Shown here: piece after piece, positions 22,514 through 31,877 of the stretch | Position numbering within the stretch: the stretch's first letter is position 1 | Layout: the number at the start of each line of letters is the position of its first letter | Assembly: GCA_035765495.1 (NCBI GenBank) | Contig: DASTXM010000018.1 | Location: 910-64,909 of the forward strand | From: Hanamia sp. | GTDB lineage: Bacteria; Bacteroidota; Bacteroidia; Chitinophagales; Chitinophagaceae | Length of the DNA: 64,000 bases | Direction of reading: 5' to 3' | Notes under the pieces: model-generated | Databases searched by the model: none | What the model saw: only the letters and a program-made list of their open reading frames with translations | Told to the model about the DNA's origin: nothing | Made by a program: the position numbers and the translations under genes

Positions 22514-25345
22514 TTATTTTGCTTGAGCATCCTTCACGCATCGAAAACCAACAGTTGCATTTCTTTCAAAACCAGGAGAAACACGCAATAAATATTGCCT
22601 GTAATTAAGCGGTCGCGGGCCTCCTTGAACATACCACCAACTTGATGACGGATTAAAATAACTTCCACCTTTCATAATTATGTAACGATAGCTTCCGCTT
22701 TGGTACACATCATTTGTCAATTGCCACACACAACCCACTAAATCCTGCAGCCCATACGGATTTGCGCCTTTTTCATATTTACCGACAGGATACAATTTAC
22801 CATTTTCCAAATTGCATAAAGTAGAATCTATCCCTTCAGGTTTTTGAATAGTTAAAGTCTCAGTGATTTCTTCTGTTTTCCATTTTACCGGATGCTTTTG
22901 TTTCCATGGCCATTCATTCAATTCAGGAGTTTGGGCAGCATATTGCCACTCTTTTTCTGTAGGCAATCTTTTGCCTGCCCATCGTGCATAAGCCTGGGCA
23001 TCTTCATAAGAAATATATACAACCGGGAAATTTTCTTCTCCTGCAGGAATTTTTCCGTCAATCCAATTCTTCAAAAAATTGGTTGTGTCAGCAGGATGAT
23101 AACCTGTTGCATTCAAAAACTTTTTGTACTGTTCATTAGTCACTGGAAACTGATCCATGAAAAAAGATTTCATTGAGAAGGTGCTGTCTTCTTCATATTT
23201 TGGATAAGGAATAAAATCATCTCCATGGGTTGAATGAAAAGTAAATTTTCCTGCAGGAATTCTTACCATCCCATTGGGTTCTTTTTTGGTAAAAGGAGTG
23301 GAACTGTTGATGCTTATCAATACTGGTGTTCCCGGTTTTATGTCAACAACATTTTCATCAATGATTTCACTGCTGTCAAAAAGCTGAACGACAAATTTTC
23401 GCTGGTAATTATTAAATAGTTTTTCAAGATCCACTGAATGATTACCGGTTTTCAACACAACCGGATCTTTTTCATAGGAAGGTTTGCCCGCCCAAATTTT
23501 TATTTCTGTTCCTTTTTGAGCATTAATTTTTAAAACACTTCCAGTAAGATTTGTTTGAAGCAGCTTTTTAAATTGAGCGATACAATCCACGGCGCCTTCA
23601 TTGTTCGTTCCCAACCATGATACATCAAATGCGTTCGAGTGAACAGGAATTTTTAATTCACTTCCCTCCTCTTGAGGATCCAAGTCTTCATGACGCCAGA
23701 TATCAACAAAATGTGTTCCCGGTATTTTTTTTGCATTAAACAACAAACCTTTAAATCCTTGCGGAATTTCGCTGAAAATTGTGAAGATTGTTTTCCCGTT
23801 TCCAGGCCATTTATTTACCCAAATACTGTCATGAAAAGTTGGTATTAACGGTGTGTAATCTTCAGAAGTAAAGTTGGAAGAATTTTCCCGGAGAATGCGT
23901 GCAGTTTTTCCAAGATACCGGTCTTCATCGTCTAAATTGGAAGGATTACCGGGCGCAAACAAATTGAGCTCAGTTCCATATCCATTGAAAAGTGAAAGAG
24001 AAAATTCCCGCCTGATCGGTTCTTTATAAACTTCCGCCACCCGGAAGATGGCGAAATCAGGTTTAATGAATTTATTTAGATTCAGCATTGGTGGATAATA
24101 CAGTGCATTGTGCACTCTTCCTGCCACAACACCTTGCATATCTTTCGGCACCGCCATGCCCTCGGGATACATGATAACGCCGGGCTTCACACTGTCTGCC
24201 GCATCCTGCAATTCACGGCTTGATTTTCCTTGTGTATCCAGGACTGTTCCATCGGCATCAGTTTCACGTATGATGTCTGCCAATCCGGAAAGATGGCCTT
24301 CACTTCTTGTACTTTCGTCCCATGGATTGTAGCAAATGAAAAGATGGCTATCATGTTGATGGCATTCTTCTGCAAGATTTTTTATTTGTGAAAGTCCACC
24401 TGGCAAATCCCTGAAAAGATCAAACTGGTTTCTTTGATCAACGCCTAATGAAGGCCATGTCGGCCAGATACCTACAACATCATCACCGCCATAAAGTATC
24501 TTTCCGCGATCTAAAAAATCCTGCAAATGCCATGATTGATCAGCTGTGTTGTACAACCTGTTGTCCCATGCCATCAACAGGTGGATAACATATGATCTGC
24601 GTATCCATTCCAAATCTTTCCGGTGATATAGACTATCGTCAAAATTTTTTACATCATAAAGCATCTTTTTTTGAAATATCGTACGTAACCCATTTTGCCA
24701 ATTTCCTTTATACAATTCAGCAAAAAGATTATAGGAAATTGATCCGCCCGGATAAAGGATTGTTGTGAACCTATGAAGCGATCCTTTTTTTAAATCTTTA
24801 TTATTCCTGCGCATAAGCGCACAAACCGAAACTGAATCATTGAGTGATGATTCAGAAAAACCAAGTTCCCATACATTGTCAGGCAAAATAACATTTACAG
24901 GTTTTCGACCTGGCAAAAACAAATAAGAACGTGAAAGTGGATTGTCTCCAAGGCCGGTTATATAAACTTTGTCAGCAGATGTTCCAAAAGGAACAACGTT
25001 GGTAAGTGATAATGTATCTTTCGAAACATTCGTAAATCTTACTTTTCCAACACTACCATTTGCATTTGCCGAATCAATGAAGTTCACTCTTAACTTTTTA
25101 TACCGGGTATTGGGAGGTGCTGTGTTGTATTTTACATGATTTAGTTCAAACTCAACCAAAGGATACTTTTGCTTCAGGTTATAACTTTTATCATTTTTCA
25201 TTTGAAATGATCTTACCTCAAGTCCGGATAATTGTGGATACAACGTTTGAGCTGAAGCAATTTTGGCTGTTGATAGAAATGTCAGAAACAATGGAGCATA
25301 AAATAATTTTTTGTTTGCTTTTGGAACAAAGGCGGCAAATTTCAT
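22514..25345 (-). CDS. Large secreted protein with C-terminal FGE-sulfatase (SUMF1/EgtB/PvdO) domain
   Basis: PVTNEQY, PVVYISYEDA, RLPTEKEWQYAA, NPYGL, GFRC; start reassigned to MKFAAF downstream of TAGCTTTG box. Confidence 0.82.
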   Translation of the reverse strand: MKFAAFVPKANKKLFYAPLFLTFLSTAKIASAQTLYPQLSGLEVRSFQMKNDKSYNLKQKYPLVEFELNHVKYNTAPPNTRYKKLRVNFIDSANANGSVGKVRFTNVSKDTLSLTNVVPFGTSADKVYITGLGDNPLSRSYLFLPGRKPVNVILPDNVWELGFSESSLNDSVSVCALMRRNNKDLKKGSLHRFTTILYPGGSISYNLFAELYKGNWQNGLRTIFQKKMLYDVKNFDDSLYHRKDLEWIRRSYVIHLLMAWDNRLYNTADQSWHLQDFLDRGKILYGGDDVVGIWPTWPSLGVDQRNQFDLFRDLPGGLSQIKNLAEECHQHDSHLFICYNPWDESTRSEGHLSGLADIIRETDADGTVLDTQGKSSRELQDAADSVKPGVIMYPEGMAVPKDMQGVVAGRVHNALYYPPMLNLNKFIKPDFAIFRVAEVYKEPIRREFSLSLFNGYGTELNLFAPGNPSNLDDEDRYLGKTARILRENSSNFTSEDYTPLIPTFHDSIWVNKWPGNGKTIFTIFSEIPQGFKGLLFNAKKIPGTHFVDIWRHEDLDPQEEGSELKIPVHSNAFDVSWLGTNNEGAVDCIAQFKKLLQTNLTGSVLKINAQKGTEIKIWAGKPSYEKDPVVLKTGNHSVDLEKLFNNYQRKFVVQLFDSSEIIDENVVDIKPGTPVLISINSSTPFTKKEPNGMVRIPAGKFTFHSTHGDDFIPYPKYEEDSTFSMKSFFMDQFPVTNEQYKKFLNATGYHPADTTNFLKNWIDGKIPAGEENFPVVYISYEDAQAYARWAGKRLPTEKEWQYAAQTPELNEWPWKQKHPVKWKTEEITETLTIQKPEGIDSTLCNLENGKLYPVGKYEKGANPYGLQDLVGCVWQLTNDVYQSGSYRYIIMKGGSYFNPSSSWWYVQGGPRPLNYRQYLLRVSPGFERNATVGFRCVKDAQAK

Positions 25346-25434
25346 ATCGGCTTGAAAATTATTTGAAGGGTTCAAAGCTACTAAAAGGAAGTTAGCAGTA
25401 AACGAACAAAGAAAATAATTTTTAATCCTGAACC

Positions 25435-25495
25435 AAAACAAGAAAGCCGGATAGAAATCCAGCTTTGATTTAATACTATATATTATGAAAAGACC
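25435..25495 (-). ncRNA. Putative ~60-nt small RNA, copy C (diverged paralog)
   Basis: GGTCTTTTCATA...AAAGCTGGAT-TTCT-ATCCGGCTTT plus T-rich tail; similar to copies at 41150 and 41337; TAATTTTA box 4 nt upstream. Confidence 0.65.
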
Positions 25496-25499
25496 GGTG

Positions 25500-25542
25500 T
25501 AAAATTATTCGCGTATTTTAAAACAAAATATGAGCCTGGTCA
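25500..25542 (-). promoter_or_regulatory. CRP/FNR-type box promoter of sRNA copy C
   Basis: TGACCAGGCTCA (25542-31), 23 nt gap, TAATTTTA (25507-00). Confidence 0.65.
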
Positions 25543-25618
25543 TCTTTAAAGATGATTTTAAGCGGTAAATGCAAGAAACATTTCTCAAATATTTTAAAAC
25601 TCAAATTGGTGGTTACTA

Positions 25619-25683
25619 TGACGCCTGTCACTAATTACTTTGACTAACGTCATTGCCATCGGAGCTCCGCGTTTTTAGTTTTG
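25619..25683 (+). promoter_or_regulatory. Tandem CRP/FNR-type boxes plus -7 promoter box
   Basis: TGACGCCTGTCA (25619) and TGACTAACGTCA (25641) 22 bp apart; 23 nt gap; TAGTTTTG (25676-83). Confidence 0.8.
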
Positions 25684-25697
25684 CTTAAAATCTGTTT

Positions 25698-25814
25698 ATG
25701 TTAAAGAAGATATCGTTGAAGAAGGCTGATTCTATAATTGAAATTTTATATTGGCTTGCATTACTTGTAATTCTTTCAGTGCTGATTTTCATTTTTTTTA
25801 TTTTGTATATTTAG
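25698..25814 (+). CDS. Putative 38-aa single-pass membrane microprotein MLKKISLKKADSIIEILYWLALLVILSVLIFIFFILYI
   Basis: ATG 14 nt after the -7 box; basic N-terminus plus long hydrophobic helix; not in ORF track. Confidence 0.6.
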   Translation: MLKKISLKKADSIIEILYWLALLVILSVLIFIFFILYI

Positions 25815-25882
25815 GTAAGTTTTTTGAAAGTTAATAACCCAGTTACACAGTAAATAATTTTCCTAATGCAAAATTTTCAATT

Positions 25883-26443
25883 ATGATAAAATCAAAGAAC
25901 TGGTGGCTGATCACGATAAAAGGATTGATCTTCATTTTTCTTGGATTTTACATTTTAAGATTTCCAATAAGCGGAATGCTCGGTTTAATCATTTACGGAA
26001 GTATTGCTTTATTTATTTCCGGTTTGATACTGGCAACATTTGCTGTGATTACCCGAAAGGTGCATAAGGGCTGGGGCTGGCAAATGGCAGAAGGAATATT
26101 GGATATTATTTTGGCGGTTATTCTTCTTTTAAATATTGGATTAACCGCAATAACACTTCCCTATGTTTTCGCATTTTATGGAATCCTGACAGGTATCTTT
26201 TGGATCTTTCAATCTTTCTTTTTCAAAAGCAACCAATATAAATTCTGGGGAGTTGTTCTCCTCGCCGGATTGCTCAGTTTGCTTGTTGGCATATTGATCT
26301 TATTAAATCCCCTGATAGCTGTGTTTACAATTGTTGCCATTATCGGCATTATGTTTATTGTCCAGGGATTTTTCCTTACGCTCTTTTCTTTTGAAATAAG
26401 CCGCGCACATAAAGTGGCTGTTAACGACTCTTTGGAATTGTGA
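25883..26443 (+). CDS. HdeD family (DUF308) membrane protein
   Basis: WWLITIKGLIFIFLG N-terminus; about 6 TM helices in a repeated pattern. Confidence 0.82.
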   Translation: MIKSKNWWLITIKGLIFIFLGFYILRFPISGMLGLIIYGSIALFISGLILATFAVITRKVHKGWGWQMAEGILDIILAVILLLNIGLTAITLPYVFAFYGILTGIFWIFQSFFFKSNQYKFWGVVLLAGLLSLLVGILILLNPLIAVFTIVAIIGIMFIVQGFFLTLFSFEISRAHKVAVNDSLEL

Positions 26444-26452
26444 AACTTATTG

Positions 26453-27049
26453 CTATTCTATCAATTTCGATATCTGTTCGATAGGAATAGAATTAGCAAA
26501 AGATAAAACTTTGTTTTCATCCATCCCTTTTGCTGTCACTGATATCAAAGCGCTTTTGAGCGGAATCTGCAATGTATAATTGGTCGTCCCATCGGTATTA
26601 TCGCCATTTTTTTCTAATCTTGCCTTGTAACCATTCACTTTAACCACTTTGGTGTTTGCGTCTCGCATCATGCCGCCGAATACCGGCATATTCAAAAGCG
26701 AATTAAGTGTAGCGATCATTGGCGAATTGCTGATGATTTCAACTTCTGAACCTTTGTCACCATATTGCCTGTGAACAGTGGCACCCACAAAACCAACATT
26801 AGCAGCTACCTGGTCGTTTTTTTCATCAGCAGCCAGGCCATTAAAATCTTTCGGTAAAATATCAAGCACTTGCTTGCCTACAATCATATCCAATTCCTGG
26901 ATCGCCTGCTCCAAAGAAAAATGGGCATCAGCCAAATTGCCTGAAGTATAAGATGCTTTTGCAGCACTAATATCTTTCCCAAATTCCTGTGCATGCAAAG
27001 CATTTGCAAAAAAGAAGATTATAATCAATATCACAGAATACTTTTTCAT
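26453..27049 (-). CDS. Secreted hypothetical protein (paralog of upstream gene)
   Basis: Signal peptide ending ALHA-Q; shares helical N-domain and VKVxGxKA with 27060-27851. Confidence 0.8.
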   Translation of the reverse strand: MKKYSVILIIIFFFANALHAQEFGKDISAAKASYTSGNLADAHFSLEQAIQELDMIVGKQVLDILPKDFNGLAADEKNDQVAANVGFVGATVHRQYGDKGSEVEIISNSPMIATLNSLLNMPVFGGMMRDANTKVVKVNGYKARLEKNGDNTDGTTNYTLQIPLKSALISVTAKGMDENKVLSFANSIPIEQISKLIE

Positions 27050-27059
27050 AACGGTTGAT

Positions 27060-27851
27060 TTATTTTTCTCCTAATAATTTTTTTATGTCATCAATACTGA
27101 ATTGGTTGGCGGCTGCCATTACCTCATCTTCCGTAGCAAAGTTCACATCTTCCCAAACTACCATTGAACTTTGACCAACGGGAACGATTAAAGAATATCC
27201 TTTATCGGCATCAAAAGTAATAAGGGCTTTGTTGCCCTGAACTTTCACTTGTTTAGCATTTTGTTCTTTATCGTTTGTCTGCACCGCATATGCGTTATTA
27301 AAATAAGCATTTACCAAACCGCTGTACAATAAATTATTCCCGATGGTGAGCGTCATCTGCTTATCTTTTCCATCATTGTAGATGCGTTGGATTGTGAGAT
27401 TATTCCAACCCCATTGCGTGCTCATCACTTTGTCCTGGGAAGTATCTGCTTTTAATCCATTAACTGTTTGAGGAAGTGATCTTAATAATTGACGACCTAA
27501 TTGAAGTTCAATACCAACGAGGGCTTGTTGCACCGCATAACGTGCATCACTATAATTCTTGCTGTCAAAGGATTTGCCTGCATCTGCGATGGAAGCGACC
27601 ACATCCGGTGGTTCAGTGTTTTTTAAACCTGCACCTTTTGTATTTGAAGGCCGGGAAGAACTGTTTCCTGATGAGTTGGAACTACTGCTTTCGGATGTAC
27701 TCACACCTGTTTTATCTTCCACTTTTTTATCAACTGCTTGCTCCAGAGCATTATTGGCTTTCTCTTTTAATTTTTTGAGAAATTGGGCGTTTGTAGAAAC
27801 AGGGATACAAAATAAACATCCTAAAAAAAGGACGAAAATGAAGTGTTTCAT
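27060..27851 (-). CDS. Secreted hypothetical protein with Ser-rich linker
   Basis: Signal peptide ending TNA-Q, QFLKKLKEKA N-terminus; start reassigned to MKHFIF. Confidence 0.8.
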   Translation of the reverse strand: MKHFIFVLFLGCLFCIPVSTNAQFLKKLKEKANNALEQAVDKKVEDKTGVSTSESSSSNSSGNSSSRPSNTKGAGLKNTEPPDVVASIADAGKSFDSKNYSDARYAVQQALVGIELQLGRQLLRSLPQTVNGLKADTSQDKVMSTQWGWNNLTIQRIYNDGKDKQMTLTIGNNLLYSGLVNAYFNNAYAVQTNDKEQNAKQVKVQGNKALITFDADKGYSLIVPVGQSSMVVWEDVNFATEDEVMAAANQFSIDDIKKLLGEK

Positions 27852-28142
27852 AAATGGTATTTTTTGTTTAATAAGGACTGAAAAAATCAAAGAGTAAGAA
27901 CAGTAACAGTTTTTAAGGGATTGGATTCAAGCTACGTAAATGTAACAAGATTTTTTTTAATAATTGCATCGTTAAAAAGGTTTTTATTGCGGCAATTTTA
28001 TATTCGAAAAGAAAATAGAAAAGCTGCATTAAGAGAGTAAAATTAGTCACCTTAACACAGCTTAATTTACAAAGTAGTGTGTATTTGAAACTTTCATCAA
28101 CTATTCAAAAATCCACGGCAAACAAATAAATAAACCCAAATT

Positions 28143-28901
28143 TTATTTTGCTGTATAGCCTCCGTCAATCACCAGTTCACTACCTGTAACAAATTTTGAT
28201 TCGTCTGAGAGGAGATAAAGAATTCCATAGGCAATATCTATCGGTTCGCCTATATGTCCAAGCGGATGCAGGCTGTTCAACTGTTCAAAAAAACCCGGTA
28301 TTGTTTTGCCATAATTTTCGACCATCGGTGTTTTAATAAATCCCGGGTGAACAGAATTAACACGAATCTTATTCTTTGCATAGGCTATCGCGTCGTTTTT
28401 TGCCATCAGTCTCACAGCTCCCTTTGATGCATGGTATGGAGGCGCATCTCCTGCTCCGATCAATCCATAAATTGAAGACAAATTCACAATGCTTCCGCTT
28501 CCGTTATCGAGCATGTGGCGTACCGCATATTTCGTACAAAAGAAAACGCCTTTCACATTTACTGCCATCAGGTCATCCCATTCTTTTTCCGTAACCTCAT
28601 GCATCGGTTTTGCGGATCCTGAAATGCCGGCATTATTCACTGAGCCATCGAGCTTGCCAAAATGCTTTACGACATCAGCATACACTTTTTCAACTTCTTT
28701 TTCATCAGCCACATTCAAATGCCAATATTTACCACTTCCACCGGATTGATTGATCTCGTCTGCCAGTTTATTTCCCTCCGTATCCAAAACATCTGTGATG
28801 GCCACTTTGGCGCCTTCTTTGGCCAATAACAAACAGGTTTCCCGACCAATGCCCAAAGCACCGCCGGTGACTATCACCACTTTATTTTCAACTCTTTTCA
28901 T
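28143..28901 (-). CDS. Classical SDR oxidoreductase
   Basis: TGGALGIG, NNAG, YHASK, NSVHPG, DGG. Confidence 0.93.
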   Translation of the reverse strand: MKRVENKVVIVTGGALGIGRETCLLLAKEGAKVAITDVLDTEGNKLADEINQSGGSGKYWHLNVADEKEVEKVYADVVKHFGKLDGSVNNAGISGSAKPMHEVTEKEWDDLMAVNVKGVFFCTKYAVRHMLDNGSGSIVNLSSIYGLIGAGDAPPYHASKGAVRLMAKNDAIAYAKNKIRVNSVHPGFIKTPMVENYGKTIPGFFEQLNSLHPLGHIGEPIDIAYGILYLLSDESKFVTGSELVIDGGYTAK

Positions 28902-28935
28902 GATTTATATTTTTTATTTTATCAAAGTACTATTT

Positions 28936-28978
28936 CAAATTTCCCCCAATTTTCTTTCACTTAAAATGATATTGATCA
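28936..28978 (-). promoter_or_regulatory. CRP/FNR-type box promoter of SDR gene
   Basis: TGATATTGATCA (28967-78), 23 nt gap, minus-strand GAAATTTG (28943-36). Confidence 0.72.
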
Positions 28979-29136
28979 TTATTCTGCATGTAGTTAGTTA
29001 CCCCTTATTTCACTACATAACGTTAATGGCTACTCGAAAAATTCAGCTTTCCAGGTCTCATCCTTTGTCAAGAGATCAACCAGGGAAGGAATATTTATTA
29101 ACCTGTAAAGCAATCTTATTTTCCATAGGAAATCAA

Positions 29137-29201
29137 TGACAAAAGTTTCTTTTTAGACTGACAACGGTCATTCTCTGCCCTATGGTAACCTTATAAATTT
29201 G
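29137..29201 (+). promoter_or_regulatory. Tandem CRP/FNR-type box promoter of YciF-like gene
   Basis: TGACAAAAGTTT (29137) and TGACAACGGTCA (29159); 23 nt gap; TAAATTTG (29194-201). Confidence 0.78.
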
Positions 29202-29217
29202 GTTAAAATTCAAAACC

Positions 29218-29739
29218 ATGACAGAAAATAATTTTTCCATTGTAACACTACATGACTTGCTGGATTATAATGGGCGTGAATTTATCAGTGCTGAAATTCA
29301 ATTAAAGAATAAACTTCCCGATTGGATCAATGGAGCAAGTTCGTTAAAACTCAAAAATGTGTTGCAGAAATACCTGGAATTTATCGAACAACATATCGAA
29401 AATATGCAGGCATTTTATGAAGAGGAACATATCCGGTCACTTTCGCTGCATAACAAAATGATCGAAGGATTTATTAAAGACACTGAGGACAAATTGCATC
29501 ACTGCGGAGGTTCAGGTGTGAAAGACGCATGCCTGCTTGCCGGAATTCAATCAATCAACCACTTCAAAATAAGCATTTATGGTACAGCAGCTGCATTCGC
29601 AAATTTGCTGAACCTGGAAAAAACCGCTTCGGTTTTTCACCAGGCATCGGTCAACGAGAAACAAATCGACGACAGACTAACCCAGCTGGCCCGGTTTGAG
29701 ATCAATAACAAAGCAACGGCGCCAATTGAATTGGCCTGA
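29218..29739 (+). CDS. DUF892/YciE-YciF ferritin-like protein
   Basis: AEIQL...LP, DACLLAGIQSINHFKISIYGT, EKQIDDRLTQLA..EIN pattern. Confidence 0.8.
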   Translation: MTENNFSIVTLHDLLDYNGREFISAEIQLKNKLPDWINGASSLKLKNVLQKYLEFIEQHIENMQAFYEEEHIRSLSLHNKMIEGFIKDTEDKLHHCGGSGVKDACLLAGIQSINHFKISIYGTAAAFANLLNLEKTASVFHQASVNEKQIDDRLTQLARFEINNKATAPIELA

Positions 29740-29764
29740 TGCAATGCAGGCTTACTAATGCTTT

Positions 29765-29825
29765 CCGGTTCATCCCAAAGTGCCAGAATATTTTCCCCGG
29801 CTGTAAGTTGATGAACCGGTTTTTT
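29765..29825 (+). terminator. Probable terminator hairpin after YciF-like gene
   Basis: CCGGTTCATC...GATGAACCGG inverted repeat with a long loop followed by a T run. Confidence 0.5.
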
Positions 29826-29828
29826 ATG

Positions 29829-29892
29829 CGATCCTAATCATGAAAATAACTGATAATGATCATTCGCGATGTAACGGATCGCGGATATTTTG
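29829..29892 (+). promoter_or_regulatory. CRP/FNR-type box promoter of USP-baeRF3-USP-antiporter-ATPase operon
   Basis: CGATCCTAATCA (29829) and TGATAATGATCA (29851); 22 nt gap; ATATTTTG. Confidence 0.72.
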
Positions 29893-29915
29893 CAACCAAA
29901 CTAAAGCCAGGTAAA

Positions 29916-30758
29916 ATGAAAAAGTTTCTTGCAGTTTTTGACGGGTTTAAAATGTCAACAAGCACTTTACAATATGCAATCGAATTGTCGAAGCTTGAAG
30001 AAGCACACCTTGTGGGTGTTTTTTTGGATGAGTTTATGTACCATACCTACAGCGTATATAAAGTGATGACTTCAGAAAAGAATCCCGAAAAAGAATTGCA
30101 GCAACTCGATGAAAAGGATAGAAAATTAAGAGATGAATCTGTTTTACAATTTGAAAAAGCATGTGCCAAAGCAGGCATTCATTATTCAATACATCGCGAC
30201 AGGAATATTGCACTGCAGGAACTAAAAGAGGAAAGCATGTTCGCTGACCTGGCGATCATCAGCGAAAACGAAACTTTTACCAGGTATAAGGAGAAACTGC
30301 CCAGTCGTTTTATGAAGGATTTTTTGAGCGATGTGCAATGCCCGGTGTTTGTGGTTCCGGGATCTTATAAAGAAATTGACAAGATATTGTTGCTTTATGA
30401 TGGAGGGCCTTCCTCATTGCACGCCATCAAAATGTTCAGCTATTTACTTGGACGTCTCAAATCTTTGCCGGTTGAAGTGTATACAGTAAAGGAAAATTAC
30501 ATGGCAACGCTCAGGCTTCCGGGAAACAAAAGAATGAGGGAATTTATCAAATGGCATTTTCCAAAAGCAGCAATTACGGTGGAAAAAGGAATTGCAGAAG
30601 AACAAATTCCAGGTTACCTGCGCAATCATAAAGAAAATGAATTGGTGATATTGGGCGCCTACCGCAGGAGTGAACTTTCGCGCTGGTTCAAAATAAGTAT
30701 GGCCGATATTTTAATTAAAGAAACAGATACGCCACTTTTTATCGCACATAATAAATAA
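29916..30758 (+). CDS. Universal stress protein (tandem USP)
   Basis: KKFLAVFDG, CPVFVVP, LVILGAY..S, PLFIAH; start reassigned to MKKFLA. Confidence 0.85.
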   Translation: MKKFLAVFDGFKMSTSTLQYAIELSKLEEAHLVGVFLDEFMYHTYSVYKVMTSEKNPEKELQQLDEKDRKLRDESVLQFEKACAKAGIHYSIHRDRNIALQELKEESMFADLAIISENETFTRYKEKLPSRFMKDFLSDVQCPVFVVPGSYKEIDKILLLYDGGPSSLHAIKMFSYLLGRLKSLPVEVYTVKENYMATLRLPGNKRMREFIKWHFPKAAITVEKGIAEEQIPGYLRNHKENELVILGAYRRSELSRWFKISMADILIKETDTPLFIAHNK

Positions 30759-30788
30759 TCCATTTTTCATCCCCTAAAAATCACCATT

Positions 30789-31865
30789 ATGATCACGCTT
30801 TCAGAAATTAAAATTTCCTATCCACAGAAATCGGAAACGGCTGCAGAAAAACAATCCATCGGGTTGGTAATTCCCTTTCAACCATCCATGGTTGATAAAA
30901 AAACCATTAAAAGTATTTTGAATTATACTTTGGAAGAAGTACAGTGCAGATTGGAAAACAAATATCAGCCCGAAGACATCAGGCATGTAATCGATAACCT
31001 GAAAAAGATTTTCAACAGGCTTAATTACAATTCGCATCGAAAGAGTGTAGCCATCATCGTTAAGCCTGATGAAGAAAAAATAATTTACCTGAATTACAGT
31101 GGCAACCCCGTATTCTATCTTGACGACCGGTTTTCACTACTTGATCTTGTTGGTAATTCAGACAGAGAACCCGAATTTGAATTATTGTGGATAAAAAATA
31201 ACGGTGCAGAACTACATGAATATTTTAATAATTCGCTGCACAAAGTTTTTTCCCAAACATCAGCATTATGCGATGAAGACACAAATAACGAATGCCTCAT
31301 GCAAAGGATTTCTGCCATTGTAAAACTGGTAAACAGAAACAATGACAAACCTGTTTTTCTTTATTCAGAAGACGACCAGCAAGCTAACAAATTCTTCGAA
31401 ATTTTTCCTTACAGGAACATTCTTTTTAAGTTAAACCTGTTTGAAAAACAGGAACGTGATAAACCAACAGATGTTCTTGTACAAAAAATTCTAAGCCGGT
31501 GGCCTCATTGGCAATCAATGTTGGTGCGTGGCCAAATAACACTTGCAAAGAAGAATCAAACAATCTTCAGCCACCTTAATTCGGTGACCAAAGCATTAAA
31601 ATATTATAACAATGGAATCCTCCTTATTGATGAATTCATGAAACAGGAAATCCATCAAAACCTGGAAGACGAGAATTCTTTTGATGCGACTAAAAAGCTG
31701 ACAGACGAAATTGAAAAGTTCCTGGCTCGTGGAAACAGGATTGAAATAACTGAAGGAGGATTACTTGAAACACTTGGTGGCATCGCTTTGATCAAAAATA
31801 ATGATACTGTTTATGCGTCTGTAGGCTTTTCCGGCAGATATAAAGAGGAAGGCTTTCTTTTTTAA
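30789..31865 (+). CDS. Divergent baeRF3 (bacterial archaeo-eukaryotic release factor family) / Balon-like protein
   Basis: IPFQPSM, LNYNSHRKSVAI, FSLLDLV, C-terminal EKFLARGNRIEI..GGIALI; no GGQ motif. Confidence 0.65.
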   Translation: MITLSEIKISYPQKSETAAEKQSIGLVIPFQPSMVDKKTIKSILNYTLEEVQCRLENKYQPEDIRHVIDNLKKIFNRLNYNSHRKSVAIIVKPDEEKIIYLNYSGNPVFYLDDRFSLLDLVGNSDREPEFELLWIKNNGAELHEYFNNSLHKVFSQTSALCDEDTNNECLMQRISAIVKLVNRNNDKPVFLYSEDDQQANKFFEIFPYRNILFKLNLFEKQERDKPTDVLVQKILSRWPHWQSMLVRGQITLAKKNQTIFSHLNSVTKALKYYNNGILLIDEFMKQEIHQNLEDENSFDATKKLTDEIEKFLARGNRIEITEGGLLETLGGIALIKNNDTVYASVGFSGRYKEEGFLF

Positions 31866-31877
31866 AAAATTCTACCC

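Noticed and set aside
25346-25441. N-terminal extensions in the ORF track (also 5216, 19108, 29856, 36533, 37408, 41035)
   Set aside because: Extensions run through predicted promoter elements or neighbouring genes; downstream ATGs fit family starts or signal peptides
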